Of a stretch of 64,000 bases of DNA, positions 1-9,677 are shown one piece after another. The DNA is taken from positions 768,001-832,000 of the forward strand of contig OZ244057.1 in NCBI GenBank assembly GCA_965215515.1, written 5' to 3'. Made by a program: the position numbers and the translations under genes. Numbering within the stretch: the first letter of the stretch is position 1; every line of letters begins with the position of its first letter. The notes below the pieces were generated by a model that saw only the letters and a list, made by a program, of their open reading frames with translations, searched no databases and was not told where the DNA came from. Origin of the DNA: Oligoflexales bacterium (GTDB taxonomy: Bacteria; Bdellovibrionota_B; Oligoflexia; Oligoflexales; JAPPIL01).

Positions 1-248
1 GCGATAGCGTCTTCGCCTTCCAACACACCGATAACCACAGGAGCAGAGCTCATATAGGCGACCAACTCCCGAAAAAACGGGCGCTGCCGATGCACGTAGT
101 AGAAACCTTCTGCTTCCCGCGGCGACAGACGGCACATCTTGACCGCCACTACGGACAGTCCTTGCTCCTCGCAACATCCGAGAATGCGCCAGGTGAGCTG
201 GCGGGAAACGCCATCAGGCTTGATGATCGACAACGTCTGCTCTACCAC
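1..248 (-). CDS. ndk: Nucleoside diphosphate kinase (5' part; runs off the left edge)
   Basis: Manual minus-strand translation from GTG at 248: MVEQTLSIIKPDGV...EAEGFYYVHRQRPFFRELVAYMSSAPVVIGVLEGEDAI. GAGGAGG RBS upstream. Not in the ORF track. Confidence 0.95.
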   Translation of the reverse strand, partial: MVEQTLSIIKPDGVSRQLTWRILGCCEEQGLSVVAVKMCRLSPREAEGFYYVHRQRPFFRELVAYMSSAPVVIGVLEGEDAI

Positions 249-282
249 TCCGCATCCTCCTCAGACACAGTCGTTAGGTTGT

Positions 283-561
283 TTATTTTGCTTTAGTTCT
301 TTGTAAGACCACGCCGCCCGTGATTTTTTCACACACACCCTCGGGTAGGTAGATCCACTCGTTAGGGTCGTTGTCTTTGGCGGCTTTGCCAGAGCAGGCA
401 TGGCCGTTAGCCCCACAGTCGTTTTGGCCTTTCTTGACAATGCCCTTGCACTTGACGATCGTGCTGTCCTTTTTCGCCCACGAGGGGGCACCCCACACCA
501 CACCACTGACAACCAACCCCGCGCCGACCAACGCGGAGGATACGACTTGCAACAGCTTCAT
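283..561 (-). CDS. DUF2282 / BufA1-type small secreted Cys-rich protein (bufferin-like precursor)
   Basis: Signal peptide, then KCKGIVKKGQNDCGANGHACSGKAAKDNDPNEWIYLPEGVCEKITGG, the 4-Cys DUF2282 pattern. ATG at 561 has a GGAG RBS. Confidence 0.85.
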   Translation of the reverse strand: MKLLQVVSSALVGAGLVVSGVVWGAPSWAKKDSTIVKCKGIVKKGQNDCGANGHACSGKAAKDNDPNEWIYLPEGVCEKITGGVVLQRTKAK

Positions 562-775
562 CTCATCTCCTTCTACTTGTAAAAGACCACTACCACCGCC
601 GCGGGTCATCACACAACCCACTCCTCTGCATAAGCTAAGGCATTGCTCACAGAAAATCTATATCTTTTTAGGTGGTGTAAGGCATTTGTCACTCGTGTAG
701 CTCGGAAAGAGAAAAGCACCCGTAATGATGGGTGCTTCTGCGGGAAAGCTGCACGCACAAATCTAAACGCCTCGC

Positions 776-1693
776 TCAGAAGGCGGTGTTTGTTTGCAAA
801 ATCTCCTTCAAGCAACGGTTCATGAAATTCTTGGATACCCAGAACGCTTCTGCCAACTGGGTAACTATGTCTTTGGCAACATCGACGTTCGCCAACTCTT
901 TACGCACGAGGTTGGCTGGTACGAGTAGCCGCGCCGCGAAGAGGTTGCCCGTCACCTCCAGTGCATGTGGGGCATAGGCACTGAAGTCTTCGTTGTCAAA
1001 GCGTCTGACATCGAGAAAGTGTGCGGCCATCGCTTTGGCGATGCAGTAACGCATGTAGGGTTGCACTTCCATGCCTGCCTGATAAGTGATGGTGGTTATT
1101 CCCCCGCCGTCACGCTTTGCACCGATGAGTGCTCGGTTGAGTTTTTCGTATTCTGCATCACCCACTAGGCGAAGATCGGGGTAGCCTGCTACAATCTCTG
1201 GCAAGTAGAGAGGAACTTCGGTGAGGTTGATCTTGCGGTGTACCGCCACGACAGCTGTGTCGATTTCCTCCAGCGCGGGGTCGAAGTAACGGCGAAATTC
1301 GTCCTCTCGATCTTTACTCCAAGTACCAGCATGACGGCGGTAATAGTCCTTCTTGGCAGAGTCCAGGACACCAGCACTTATCGCAAAAGCACCGTAACCC
1401 TGGTACTCGTTGAAAGCTTCGTGGTAACCGAGATCACCTGCGGCAACATCGACGATAAGCTTCTCGTCAACGCCGAGATGGTCAGCTATCGACTTGACTG
1501 CCTGAATGGAACGAATGTTTTTTTTGCCATTCTTCCAGTGACTGCAATCGGCAGGATCAAAACCAAGAATCTGCCCGACATCCTGATCGATCACCCGAAT
1601 CCCACCGAACTTGTGATCGAGTACCAGCCGACAGAACTGGAAAAGACCAGCGGAATTAGGATACCTTGCCTTGCCTGCACTAACTTTAGCCAT
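776..1693 (-). CDS. XRE-like HTH fused to an ImmA/IrrE-like domain (HEXXH absent)
   Basis: N-terminal helix-turn-helix pattern (DQDVGQILGFDPADCSHWKNG...IADHLGVD). C-terminal GNLFAARLLVP...LAEAFWVS is typical of the ImmA/IrrE fold. Confidence 0.65.
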   Translation of the reverse strand: MAKVSAGKARYPNSAGLFQFCRLVLDHKFGGIRVIDQDVGQILGFDPADCSHWKNGKKNIRSIQAVKSIADHLGVDEKLIVDVAAGDLGYHEAFNEYQGYGAFAISAGVLDSAKKDYYRRHAGTWSKDREDEFRRYFDPALEEIDTAVVAVHRKINLTEVPLYLPEIVAGYPDLRLVGDAEYEKLNRALIGAKRDGGGITTITYQAGMEVQPYMRYCIAKAMAAHFLDVRRFDNEDFSAYAPHALEVTGNLFAARLLVPANLVRKELANVDVAKDIVTQLAEAFWVSKNFMNRCLKEILQTNTAF

Positions 1694-1858
1694 GCTCTCC
1701 ATACGACACACCCCTCCCTTTCAAAGCACCAGACGCACAGCGCCTGACGACCCGAGCCTAAAAAAGAAAAAAAGACATTTCTGCCCGCCATCTTAGCAAA
1801 CACTCTGCTAAACGTCAACAGCTAGTTTGGAAAAAATTAACTCAGGTGTTGTCACCTC

Positions 1859-1874
1859 TGTAGATGCCCCCGTA
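1859..1874 (+). repeat. Isolated 16-bp copy of the IS3-family terminal inverted repeat
   Basis: TGTAGATGCCCCCGTA is identical to the first 16 nt of the IS end at 53565 (minus) and to 19365-19380. Confidence 0.7.
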
Positions 1875-1954
1875 CCTGTGTCCGTCGGCACTTTCGGAAC
1901 TTGACAGCCTCGCGCTATTTGCATTACACCCGAGTCCACGCTACCGCGGGTGAC

Positions 1955-2027
1955 GGGCTCATAGCTCAATGGTTAGAGCACCTGGCTCATAACCAGGCAG
2001 TTCAAGGTTCGAGTCCTTGTGAGCCCA
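1955..2027 (+). tRNA. tRNA with CAT anticodon, most likely tRNA-Ile2 (lysidine); elongator Met not excluded
   Basis: Acceptor stem GGGCTCA/TGAGCCC, D arm TAGCTCAATGGTTAGAGC, anticodon arm CCTGG-CTCATAA-CCAGG, T loop GGTTCGAGTCC. G1:C72 pair (not initiator), C4:G69 and A73. CCA not encoded. Confidence 0.93.
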
Positions 2028-2084
2028 CTTGAGGCGGACGAGGCGACCTGCCACCCAAGCACCCAAACAGTTGTCTAATACCAT

Positions 2085-5000
2085 CTAGGGCTGATAACTG
2101 ACAGTTAGCACACTGCTTTGGTAATCCTCACGCAGAGAAGAGAAGGTGGAAGCGTTGTGAGGAAAATAGGCGATCAAGCGCGCCGCGGGATCGCCTCCTT
2201 TGCTCAACGCTACCCTGCCTACTCCCCCTTTAGGGATCAGAGTGCTGTCGGGCATGCCCCAAAAACCCATTCCATCTATCGTCGGGGTGATGGTGTGCCA
2301 CACCCGTTCGTGGTCAGTGAGATAATCGGGATCAGCAATCCCCTCTAGAGCGAGACGGATACGCAAATTTCCCTCGGTATCGGTGACAACATCGCGCAAT
2401 CGTGCCGCAACTACCATCAGTGTTGCCTGATTATAGACGTTGAGCGGTAAAAGCGAGATAACTGCTTCGGTATAATTACTGGGTGTGCCCCTCACCTCGT
2501 GCGCCTTGCGAATGGCACGCATCTTGTGCGCATCGGTGAGAAAAGAAAGAAACATGTTGTCATCACGCAACGAGCCGTTACGAATCGAATCTACCGTGTC
2601 ACCGAGCAGCTCTTGTTCAGCTACACCATCGCCATCAGCATCGAACTGCACCGACAACCCGCAGTAGTTCCAGGTCGTGCGCGGATGGTAAACCTTAGCC
2701 GCGAACTGCAGCACCAGCTCTTTTTGCTCGTCAACCACCTGTTCGATGACACGATAGCCAGCCGATTGCAAATCACAGGTGCGGTCTTCTCGACGCAGAG
2801 GGTCACGACGCACGCCTGTCGTCATCCTTGCGTCACGATCGAGCAGATTGAAAAACAATACCTCACCACCGATCACACCCTCGTTAACAAGCTCGACATC
2901 TACCAGTGCTCGATAAGCATCATCTTCCGCACTTGCGTTAACGATCGCCCGCTGTGCCTTCACCCGTGACAACCGTTGCACTCCCAGCAACAGCGGTAGC
3001 CGTGCCACCACCCGCCCGTCGTTGCGTGCTTCGATATAACCATCGAGATTGGCGTAAGGCCGCGGCAATCCCTCGGCAGTGACTAAAAGTTCGAAGTCAA
3101 CCTGCTGCTGTGCTCCCGCCGCCAGAGTGATTTGGCTGGGCATGGTGAAAGCCATCCCAGACACTACGTCGGCGTGTAGGGTAAGGGTGGTTGCTTCTTC
3201 GGCGAGATTTTGGAGCACAAAATGTCCCGCCATTTTTTTGTTGGTGGAGACAAGCACACGTCCCAACGATAAAGTCGCGGGTTGAAAGATAACCTCAGCC
3301 GTGACCGCATTCCAGGCATCGACACGCCCACCACCTTGCTGGTACGTTCGATAGCGATTACCAGCAGGTGAGCGCATGAGTTTGGTATTGGCAATCAGCA
3401 TGCTCTTGATCTGCGCGGGGCTAGCCGTGGGGCGGTACTGACGCAGCAAAGCCACCACGCCGCTGATATGCGGTGCAGACATCGACGTGCCACTGGCGCG
3501 GATACCACGAACACCACGCCCCGAGAAAGCGGAAGTAATCGACACCCCAGGTGCAGCAATCTCTGGTTTGAGCAGCGAATCGAAACTGCGCGGCCCGTGA
3601 GAAGAAAAACTGGCCAGCGAATCGATCAGCTCCCTTTTCTCTAAAAAAATTTCCGCCTTGAAAGTTACCCTGACGACACCTCCCTGCATGGCTGTCTTGA
3701 TCTTTTCGCCAACACGCTTGCCGATCATTACCGCAGGAATTTCATATTTTGCCGCGCCTCCCATAGGTATGGGGGCACCATCGACGTTGTTGACCATCAC
3801 CACCCCTACTGCACCCGCGGCAACCGCACGGTTGATCTTGGCGACGAAAGTGATGAGACCGCGGTCGATAAGTGCCACCTTACCCCGCAACTGCTCTTGC
3901 TGTTCAGTGGTCAGGTCTTGCGCGGCAATCCCGATGTGATAAAGAGGAGCAACCAGCTCGCCTACCCTCGCGATTGGCTTGGCCATCGGACTTTCTACCG
4001 CCTCCGCGACCAAATTCAAATCATCGTTGCCGTTAAACTTGATCGCTGGCATCTTCCAGTTGTGTTCAGCATCGTCGACCGATGCCGCGACCGAAATAGC
4101 ATCCTCCGCGGTGGAAGGCTCACTGACGATGTAGTCGTGTGCTCCTAAATTGCCTGCCGAGGCAACCACCACCATCCCGCCTCGCAGCGCGTTGCCGATT
4201 GCATCGACATAGAGAGAGTTGGGGGCACCGAAACCCGAACCGAGCGAAAGATTAGCCACCTGGGCACGGTCACCGAGATCGAAATCCCCATTAGGATCGA
4301 GGGCATATTCCAGGGCACGGATGATCACCGTGTCGCTCGTCGAACCGTCGGCAAACACCTTGATCGCCATCAGCTGGGCATCGGGTGCAACGCCATCGTG
4401 GGTGTTCACCCCATCGCCGATTCCCGCGACAATCCCCGCCACGTGCGTGCCGTGCATCCCTTCGTCGAGGGGGTCAGGGTCACCGTGAGGGATGTGCTTC
4501 TCGATCGCACCCTCGCTGGGATCATAGCTATCTCCCACAAGATCGATACCCGCGATGACTTTACGAGTTGGAAACGTGTCAGGCTCAATCACCGCCGCAT
4601 CGTTGTTCCGATAATCGGCAATCACCCCCGCACCGCCGAAGGCCTGATGTGTATAATCGATACCCGTGTCGATGATCGCCACCCTTATGCCTTCACCCCG
4701 CACAGGCACAGGCACACCGTCACGGTTGGAGGTACGTAACTTCTCGTGCACGATGCGACTACCGATGAAGGCGGCCGAGTCGGCCGTCAGCAACTCACCC
4801 TCCTCGTCGTTCTCGTTGTCTGGATGCACCGCAAGACGGATACGTGGCGGGTCGAAGATAGTCTCGTTGGAGACCGCCTTCACCCCGTCGAGTGCCTCAA
4901 CCTCATCCCTGAGTGCGTCGGGAGCGACGATAGCGAGCGCATTGAGCACCAGGCGATAACGATAAAGTACCACCAGCTCATCCGATAAGGCTCGTAACGC

Positions 5001-5258
5001 GGTGATGACCCGCTCCTGCTCCGCCAGCAACGCCTCTTTGCGCGTGGGATCAATTATCTCACGGCCATCGGCGGTAACCTTGAGCGTGCGCAGTAACGGC
5101 TCACCCTCCAACCTCACGATCGCCACAAACTTCGTCCAAGTCTGCGGACGATTGCTGAATGCTGCAACTTCGCCCCTCGGCAAAGGCTGACAAGCAGCCA
5201 ACACCACCCCCACGAGCACAGATAATAAACACACCCGCCCCACTGACGACACGCTCAT
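2085..5258 (-). CDS. Secreted/lipoprotein S8 subtilase with PA domain (Vpr/C5a-peptidase-like)
   Basis: Lipobox VLAAC; catalytic motifs VAIIDTGIDY, HGTHVAG and SGTSMSAPH; PA insert GKVALIDRG. Confidence 0.92.
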   Translation of the reverse strand: MSVSSVGRVCLLSVLVGVVLAACQPLPRGEVAAFSNRPQTWTKFVAIVRLEGEPLLRTLKVTADGREIIDPTRKEALLAEQERVITALRALSDELVVLYRYRLVLNALAIVAPDALRDEVEALDGVKAVSNETIFDPPRIRLAVHPDNENDEEGELLTADSAAFIGSRIVHEKLRTSNRDGVPVPVRGEGIRVAIIDTGIDYTHQAFGGAGVIADYRNNDAAVIEPDTFPTRKVIAGIDLVGDSYDPSEGAIEKHIPHGDPDPLDEGMHGTHVAGIVAGIGDGVNTHDGVAPDAQLMAIKVFADGSTSDTVIIRALEYALDPNGDFDLGDRAQVANLSLGSGFGAPNSLYVDAIGNALRGGMVVVASAGNLGAHDYIVSEPSTAEDAISVAASVDDAEHNWKMPAIKFNGNDDLNLVAEAVESPMAKPIARVGELVAPLYHIGIAAQDLTTEQQEQLRGKVALIDRGLITFVAKINRAVAAGAVGVVMVNNVDGAPIPMGGAAKYEIPAVMIGKRVGEKIKTAMQGGVVRVTFKAEIFLEKRELIDSLASFSSHGPRSFDSLLKPEIAAPGVSITSAFSGRGVRGIRASGTSMSAPHISGVVALLRQYRPTASPAQIKSMLIANTKLMRSPAGNRYRTYQQGGGRVDAWNAVTAEVIFQPATLSLGRVLVSTNKKMAGHFVLQNLAEEATTLTLHADVVSGMAFTMPSQITLAAGAQQQVDFELLVTAEGLPRPYANLDGYIEARNDGRVVARLPLLLGVQRLSRVKAQRAIVNASAEDDAYRALVDVELVNEGVIGGEVLFFNLLDRDARMTTGVRRDPLRREDRTCDLQSAGYRVIEQVVDEQKELVLQFAAKVYHPRTTWNYCGLSVQFDADGDGVAEQELLGDTVDSIRNGSLRDDNMFLSFLTDAHKMRAIRKAHEVRGTPSNYTEAVISLLPLNVYNQATLMVVAARLRDVVTDTEGNLRIRLALEGIADPDYLTDHERVWHTITPTIDGMGFWGMPDSTLIPKGGVGRVALSKGGDPAARLIAYFPHNASTFSSLREDYQSSVLTVSYQP

Positions 5259-5461
5259 CGCTTCCTCCCCCAGGTTCTGCTAACACTTCGTTTTTTCTGC
5301 AACTTTTATATCATTATTCGCACCACAGGCAAAGCTTTTTTTCTTAAAAATTTTTTCCTTGCTTTTTTGTTAAAATACCCTAGACGCAGGGTAATATTCC
5401 TTTGTTGTTCTGTGCACATTCGTCGGCGCGGTTGATTAGTTATTTTTCTGGAGACCGATAA

Positions 5462-7933
5462 GTGGTATACGCGGCGCTGAGGGGGGCAAGCACATCTCTT
5501 GCCGTGGCGTTCGTATTCATTAGAAAAGAAATAACCGTGAGCGTTTACAGTAAAAACAGGTATCTTTCTTTTCTGCATCGACTGCTTTTCCCGTGGTTGA
5601 AGATGAAGATCGTGCCGCGTGATTTCAGCACCTATCAGGCGGACAGCAGTGTTTGCTATATCTTGCGTCGTCGTTCCTTCTACGATTTGCTGGTGCTTGA
5701 ACAGGTCTGTCGCAAGAAAAAACTGCTGCGGCCGCGCCTTCACCCTCATCACCTTGCCCATACGTATGGCGGAGGATATCTGTGTCTCGATGGGCATGAG
5801 AAACCACCTCGCAGTCAAGCTGTGTTGCGTGACATGATCGCACAGCAGCGACGTGACCGCGCACGGGAGGTGCGTTTAATCCCCGTCTCGGTGTTCTGGG
5901 GGCGTAACCCAGGCCGCAAGGAGAGTTCGTTTTTGCGCGCGTTTTTCAGCGATGCGGAAAGCCTCAACCCCTTACGCCGCTTCCTTATTATGATGGTGCA
6001 GGGACGTGACATTCTGGTTAACTTCGGCAAATCGATTTCGCTGCAAGAGTTTGTGCGCGAAGAGGCTAGCCCTGAGCAGCTCAGCCGCAAACTCAGTCGT
6101 GTGCTACGGGTGCATTTTCGTACGCAAAAAAACGCGGCCCTAGGGCCTCAGCTTTACCGCCGCAGTCAGGTGATTGAGTTTTTACTCAGCTCTCACAACG
6201 TGCGCAGCGTCATTGCCAGTGAAGCACAGAAGCGCGGCACGGCGGTGGCGCGTGTCACCAAAACCGCGCGCAAAAATCTCGAATCCATTTGTTCCGATCT
6301 TTCTCCACGAGTCGTGTTGCTTTTTTATTTGTTTCTCAACTGGTTTTTTCGCAAAATTTTTACTGCCATCGAAGTGCGTCGTTCGCCTGCCTTGGCGGAA
6401 GTTGCCCGTACTTCAGAACTTATCTATTTACCCTGTCACCGCAGTCATATCGACTATTTGCTGCTGAGCTATGTGCTTTATCGGGAGGGCTTGATGGTGC
6501 CGCACTTCGGCAGTGGTGACAATCTTGATTTTCTCATTATCGGCACACTCTTTCGCAAAGCGGGGGCTTTTTTTCTCCGACGTAAATTTCGTGGCAACCG
6601 TCTCTATACCGTGTTGTTTAGCGAGTATATGCACTATTTGGTGAGTAAAGGTTATCCCTTGTGTTTTTTCCCTGAAGGCACACGTAGTCGCAATGGTTTG
6701 TTGTTAGAGCCGAAGACAGGCATGTTGGCTATGATCGCACAGAGTTATGAGCGCAACGATTATCGCAAAATTGCGCTTGTGCCTGTCTATATAGGCTACG
6801 ATTGTTTGATGGAAGCGCAGTCGTTCGGCGGTGAGTTACGAGGCACGACTAAAGTTAAGCACGAATCGTTGATGGAAATGTTTCGTGCTCGCAAAGTGTT
6901 AAGTTCTTCTCTCGGCAAAGCGTATGTGTCTTTCGGTGAACCGCTGTCGTTGGGTAAGTATCTTGCCGCGGGGAAAAAACGTGGTCAAGCTTTCCACTCC
7001 ACTATTTCTTCGCTTGCTCATACGATGATGGAGGGTATTGCCGACCATACCGTCGTTACCCCTGTATCGTTGGCTGCCATTATTTTGTTGGCGAAACCAC
7101 AGAAGTCGATTGCTGTCATGGAATTCAGCGGCTTGTACCGTGTTTTGCGTGCGCTCAGCGAGCAGTTGCGCTGGGCAAGCCACGTCCAGTTTCCCGATCT
7201 TGAACCTTCAGCTCTGCTCCATTTGGTGCAGGACATGCCTCAGATAAAATGGTTCAAGCACGAAAGCGGCGACATTCTTTATCTTGATGATCACAACGAC
7301 CCTGTGTTGCTTTATGCCGCAAGCAACATTGCCGCGGTGTTTTTAATTCCTGCTTTGATTGCCAGATTGTTTCGCAATTTTCAGCGTATTGCCCCGCGTG
7401 ATTTGGTCGCAACGATTTGTAATTACTACCGTTTGATGCGAGGGGAGTTTTTTCTAAAATGGGATGGTGAGATCGAGCGGGTGGTTGAGGAAACGCTGGC
7501 CAAAATGCTGGAATTCAAACTCTTGCATGGCAGTTCGCATCTGTCGCCCCCTGCCTTGGCGGATGATAACTTTTTGTTGCTGCACAACCTCGGTTGTTTC
7601 ACGGACAAAATTTTTGAACGCTATGCTGTATTGGTAACTTTATTGGCTGCTTATCAGGAGCAGGCGCGGGTGCCACGGCAAGAGCTAGAACGGCAATATA
7701 GTTTGTTATTGCAGCGGATCGCGATTCTAAAAGGGCGCAATGTTCCCTATTATAGGCAGGAGCGCAGCGTTAGCTATCAGATAGAAAATTTCAAAAAAAT
7801 GATGTTGCTGAATGAAGGCGAAGACGGAATGATGGGTATCTCGCCACGTCTTAAGGGTATGGCACGTGGTTGTGCTGAGGCATTAGGGAGAGACATTGGG
7901 CAGAGCATTAAAAAAATTGCCGTATCGTCGTGA
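5462..7933 (+). CDS. plsB: Glycerol-3-phosphate 1-O-acyltransferase PlsB
   Basis: HRSHIDY (HX4D), GAFFLRR and FFPEGTRSRNG blocks; about 800 aa. True start may be GTG 5537. Confidence 0.93.
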   Translation: MVYAALRGASTSLAVAFVFIRKEITVSVYSKNRYLSFLHRLLFPWLKMKIVPRDFSTYQADSSVCYILRRRSFYDLLVLEQVCRKKKLLRPRLHPHHLAHTYGGGYLCLDGHEKPPRSQAVLRDMIAQQRRDRAREVRLIPVSVFWGRNPGRKESSFLRAFFSDAESLNPLRRFLIMMVQGRDILVNFGKSISLQEFVREEASPEQLSRKLSRVLRVHFRTQKNAALGPQLYRRSQVIEFLLSSHNVRSVIASEAQKRGTAVARVTKTARKNLESICSDLSPRVVLLFYLFLNWFFRKIFTAIEVRRSPALAEVARTSELIYLPCHRSHIDYLLLSYVLYREGLMVPHFGSGDNLDFLIIGTLFRKAGAFFLRRKFRGNRLYTVLFSEYMHYLVSKGYPLCFFPEGTRSRNGLLLEPKTGMLAMIAQSYERNDYRKIALVPVYIGYDCLMEAQSFGGELRGTTKVKHESLMEMFRARKVLSSSLGKAYVSFGEPLSLGKYLAAGKKRGQAFHSTISSLAHTMMEGIADHTVVTPVSLAAIILLAKPQKSIAVMEFSGLYRVLRALSEQLRWASHVQFPDLEPSALLHLVQDMPQIKWFKHESGDILYLDDHNDPVLLYAASNIAAVFLIPALIARLFRNFQRIAPRDLVATICNYYRLMRGEFFLKWDGEIERVVEETLAKMLEFKLLHGSSHLSPPALADDNFLLLHNLGCFTDKIFERYAVLVTLLAAYQEQARVPRQELERQYSLLLQRIAILKGRNVPYYRQERSVSYQIENFKKMMLLNEGEDGMMGISPRLKGMARGCAEALGRDIGQSIKKIAVSS

Positions 7934-8991
7934 GCAAGAAACGTCCTATCTCTCGCAAAAACTGGGCGGCAGACGAGCTGCGAGAAAATTTTACCGCTCC
8001 TGAAAGCGAGTGGCTGTGTATAGTGCAAGGTGCATTTGCCGCCCGTGTTGTCGAGGTGCATAAGGGCTTTGCTTTTGTGTCGCCTGAAAAGAAGTGGCAC
8101 GATATTGCTTTGCATGATGTGTGGTTAGGGACGATTCCCAAACGTTTTTTGCTGGCGAAAAAGTCTAACCGCAAGTTGTTGGCTGTCGGCGATCGGGTAT
8201 GGTGCGAGCCCGATACTCACACACCGCAGGAGTTGCCTCATTGTCGTATTGTGCGCAACGCTCCGCGCCGTAATGTGTTGGCGCGGCTTGATTCTTTGCA
8301 GCAAGCGCGGTCACATGTTATTGCTAGTAACATCGATCATCTTATCATTACCTCGGCATTTGTCACTCCGCCACTCGATTTTACTTTGATCGATCGCTAT
8401 CTTGTTTTCGCTGCGCAGCAAAACATGCAGCCGTTGCTTGTCTTCAACAAATCGGATCTGCTCGATGATGTGCAACGCAAAGCACTGCTGCCCCGTCTCG
8501 ATAATTATCGCCATCTCGGTTATCGGGTGTTGGTAGTGCAGGCTGCGGTTACTGATTTTCGTGCTCAGGAAGATCTGGTGATTTTACAAAAAATTTTAGC
8601 ACAGGGTATGGCAGTTTTTACCGGTAACTCTGGGGTAGGCAAGTCTTCACTGGTTAATCTGTTTTCGCCGTCACTGCCGCAAGCTGTGGCGGAAGAGTTT
8701 ACTCACGGCGGGCAACACACGACCACCTATGCCAGTCTTTTGCGTTTACAGACGGGGGGTTATGTAATCGATACACCAGGGATCAAAAAGTTTGCCCTCG
8801 GAGAAATCGCCGCGGCACAGTTGGGGAGTTTCTTCGTCGAATTTGCTGCCCATACCGACAGATGCCGCTATCGCTCTTGTCAGCACGATCAAGAACCTGT
8901 TTGCGGGGTGAAGACGGCGGTTGAGACAGGCGACATCTGCCCTGCACGTTATGCCTCTTATCTCACGTTGTTGGCACAAACCACGTGTTGA
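7930..8991 (+). CDS. rsgA: Ribosome small subunit-dependent GTPase A
   Basis: Circularly permuted GTPase motifs NKSD, GNSGVGKSS, HTTT, DTPG, and C-terminal Zn finger CRYRSCQHDQEPVC. Confidence 0.95.
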   Translation: MSKKRPISRKNWAADELRENFTAPESEWLCIVQGAFAARVVEVHKGFAFVSPEKKWHDIALHDVWLGTIPKRFLLAKKSNRKLLAVGDRVWCEPDTHTPQELPHCRIVRNAPRRNVLARLDSLQQARSHVIASNIDHLIITSAFVTPPLDFTLIDRYLVFAAQQNMQPLLVFNKSDLLDDVQRKALLPRLDNYRHLGYRVLVVQAAVTDFRAQEDLVILQKILAQGMAVFTGNSGVGKSSLVNLFSPSLPQAVAEEFTHGGQHTTTYASLLRLQTGGYVIDTPGIKKFALGEIAAAQLGSFFVEFAAHTDRCRYRSCQHDQEPVCGVKTAVETGDICPARYASYLTLLAQTTC

Positions 8992-9045
8992 CTGCCCACC
9001 TCCATCTACATGCTTTGCAAAGCGGTGGCAACTATTGCGTACCCT
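8983..9045 (+). repeat. 63-bp direct repeat, copy 1 (copy 2 at 20566-20628)
   Basis: ACGTGTTGACTGCCCACCTCCATCTACATGCTTTGCAAAGCGGTGGCAACTATTGCGTACCCT; 2 mismatches to copy 2. Confidence 0.95.
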
Positions 9046-9120
9046 CCTTAGGGGGTGTAGTTCACTCCTCTTTGGAACTCAGGAGGTGTGCGTCTTTTGT
9101 CTGTCAACGAAGCGTTTCCC

Positions 9121-9597
9121 TCAGGGGCATGCGATGGCGGTAATAATATAATCAGTCGTGCCTTTAGGTGCTTTGACCGACACCTGTGCGTCGCACTTTT
9201 TGCCGATAATGGCACGACCGATGGGAGAATTGATGGAGATGCGGTGCTGGGTAATGTCGGCTTCGAGATCACCGACCAGTTGCAGAGTTTTGGTATTGCC
9301 GCTCTCCTCCTCCATCAGCGTTACCAGTGCACCGAAACGCACCACGTCGAGATCTTGCGAGCGCAACCCGACCACCTTGCAACGTGCCAACTGATCCTCC
9401 AACAACGAGATTCGTCCTTCGATGAAGCCTTGTCGCTCTTTCGCCGCGTGGTACTCAGCATTTTCTTTCAGATCGCCATGCCCCCTCGCTTCGGCGATCG
9501 CACTGATGATACGCGGACGCTCGACGCTGCGCAACTGCTGCAACTCGCGGCGCAGCCGCTCCCTACCCCCTTTGGTTACGGGGATGGCCTCTTCCAT
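9121..9597 (-). CDS. greA: Transcription elongation factor GreA
   Basis: [20 protein letters not shown] and [14 protein letters not shown] motifs. Confidence 0.97.
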   Translation of the reverse strand: MEEAIPVTKGGRERLRRELQQLRSVERPRIISAIAEARGHGDLKENAEYHAAKERQGFIEGRISLLEDQLARCKVVGLRSQDLDVVRFGALVTLMEEESGNTKTLQLVGDLEADITQHRISINSPIGRAIIGKKCDAQVSVKAPKGTTDYIITAIACP

Positions 9598-9677
9598 CTC
9601 CTCCCTCCTTCTGCAGACCTGCTACAGCCCTGCGCTGCACAAGTCAAGTTTGCTTTGCCAGACAAGGGTAAGCATGC

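Noticed and set aside
1955..2085. tRNA as an integration site for an island
   Set aside because: No integrase and no duplicated tRNA 3' end was found downstream.
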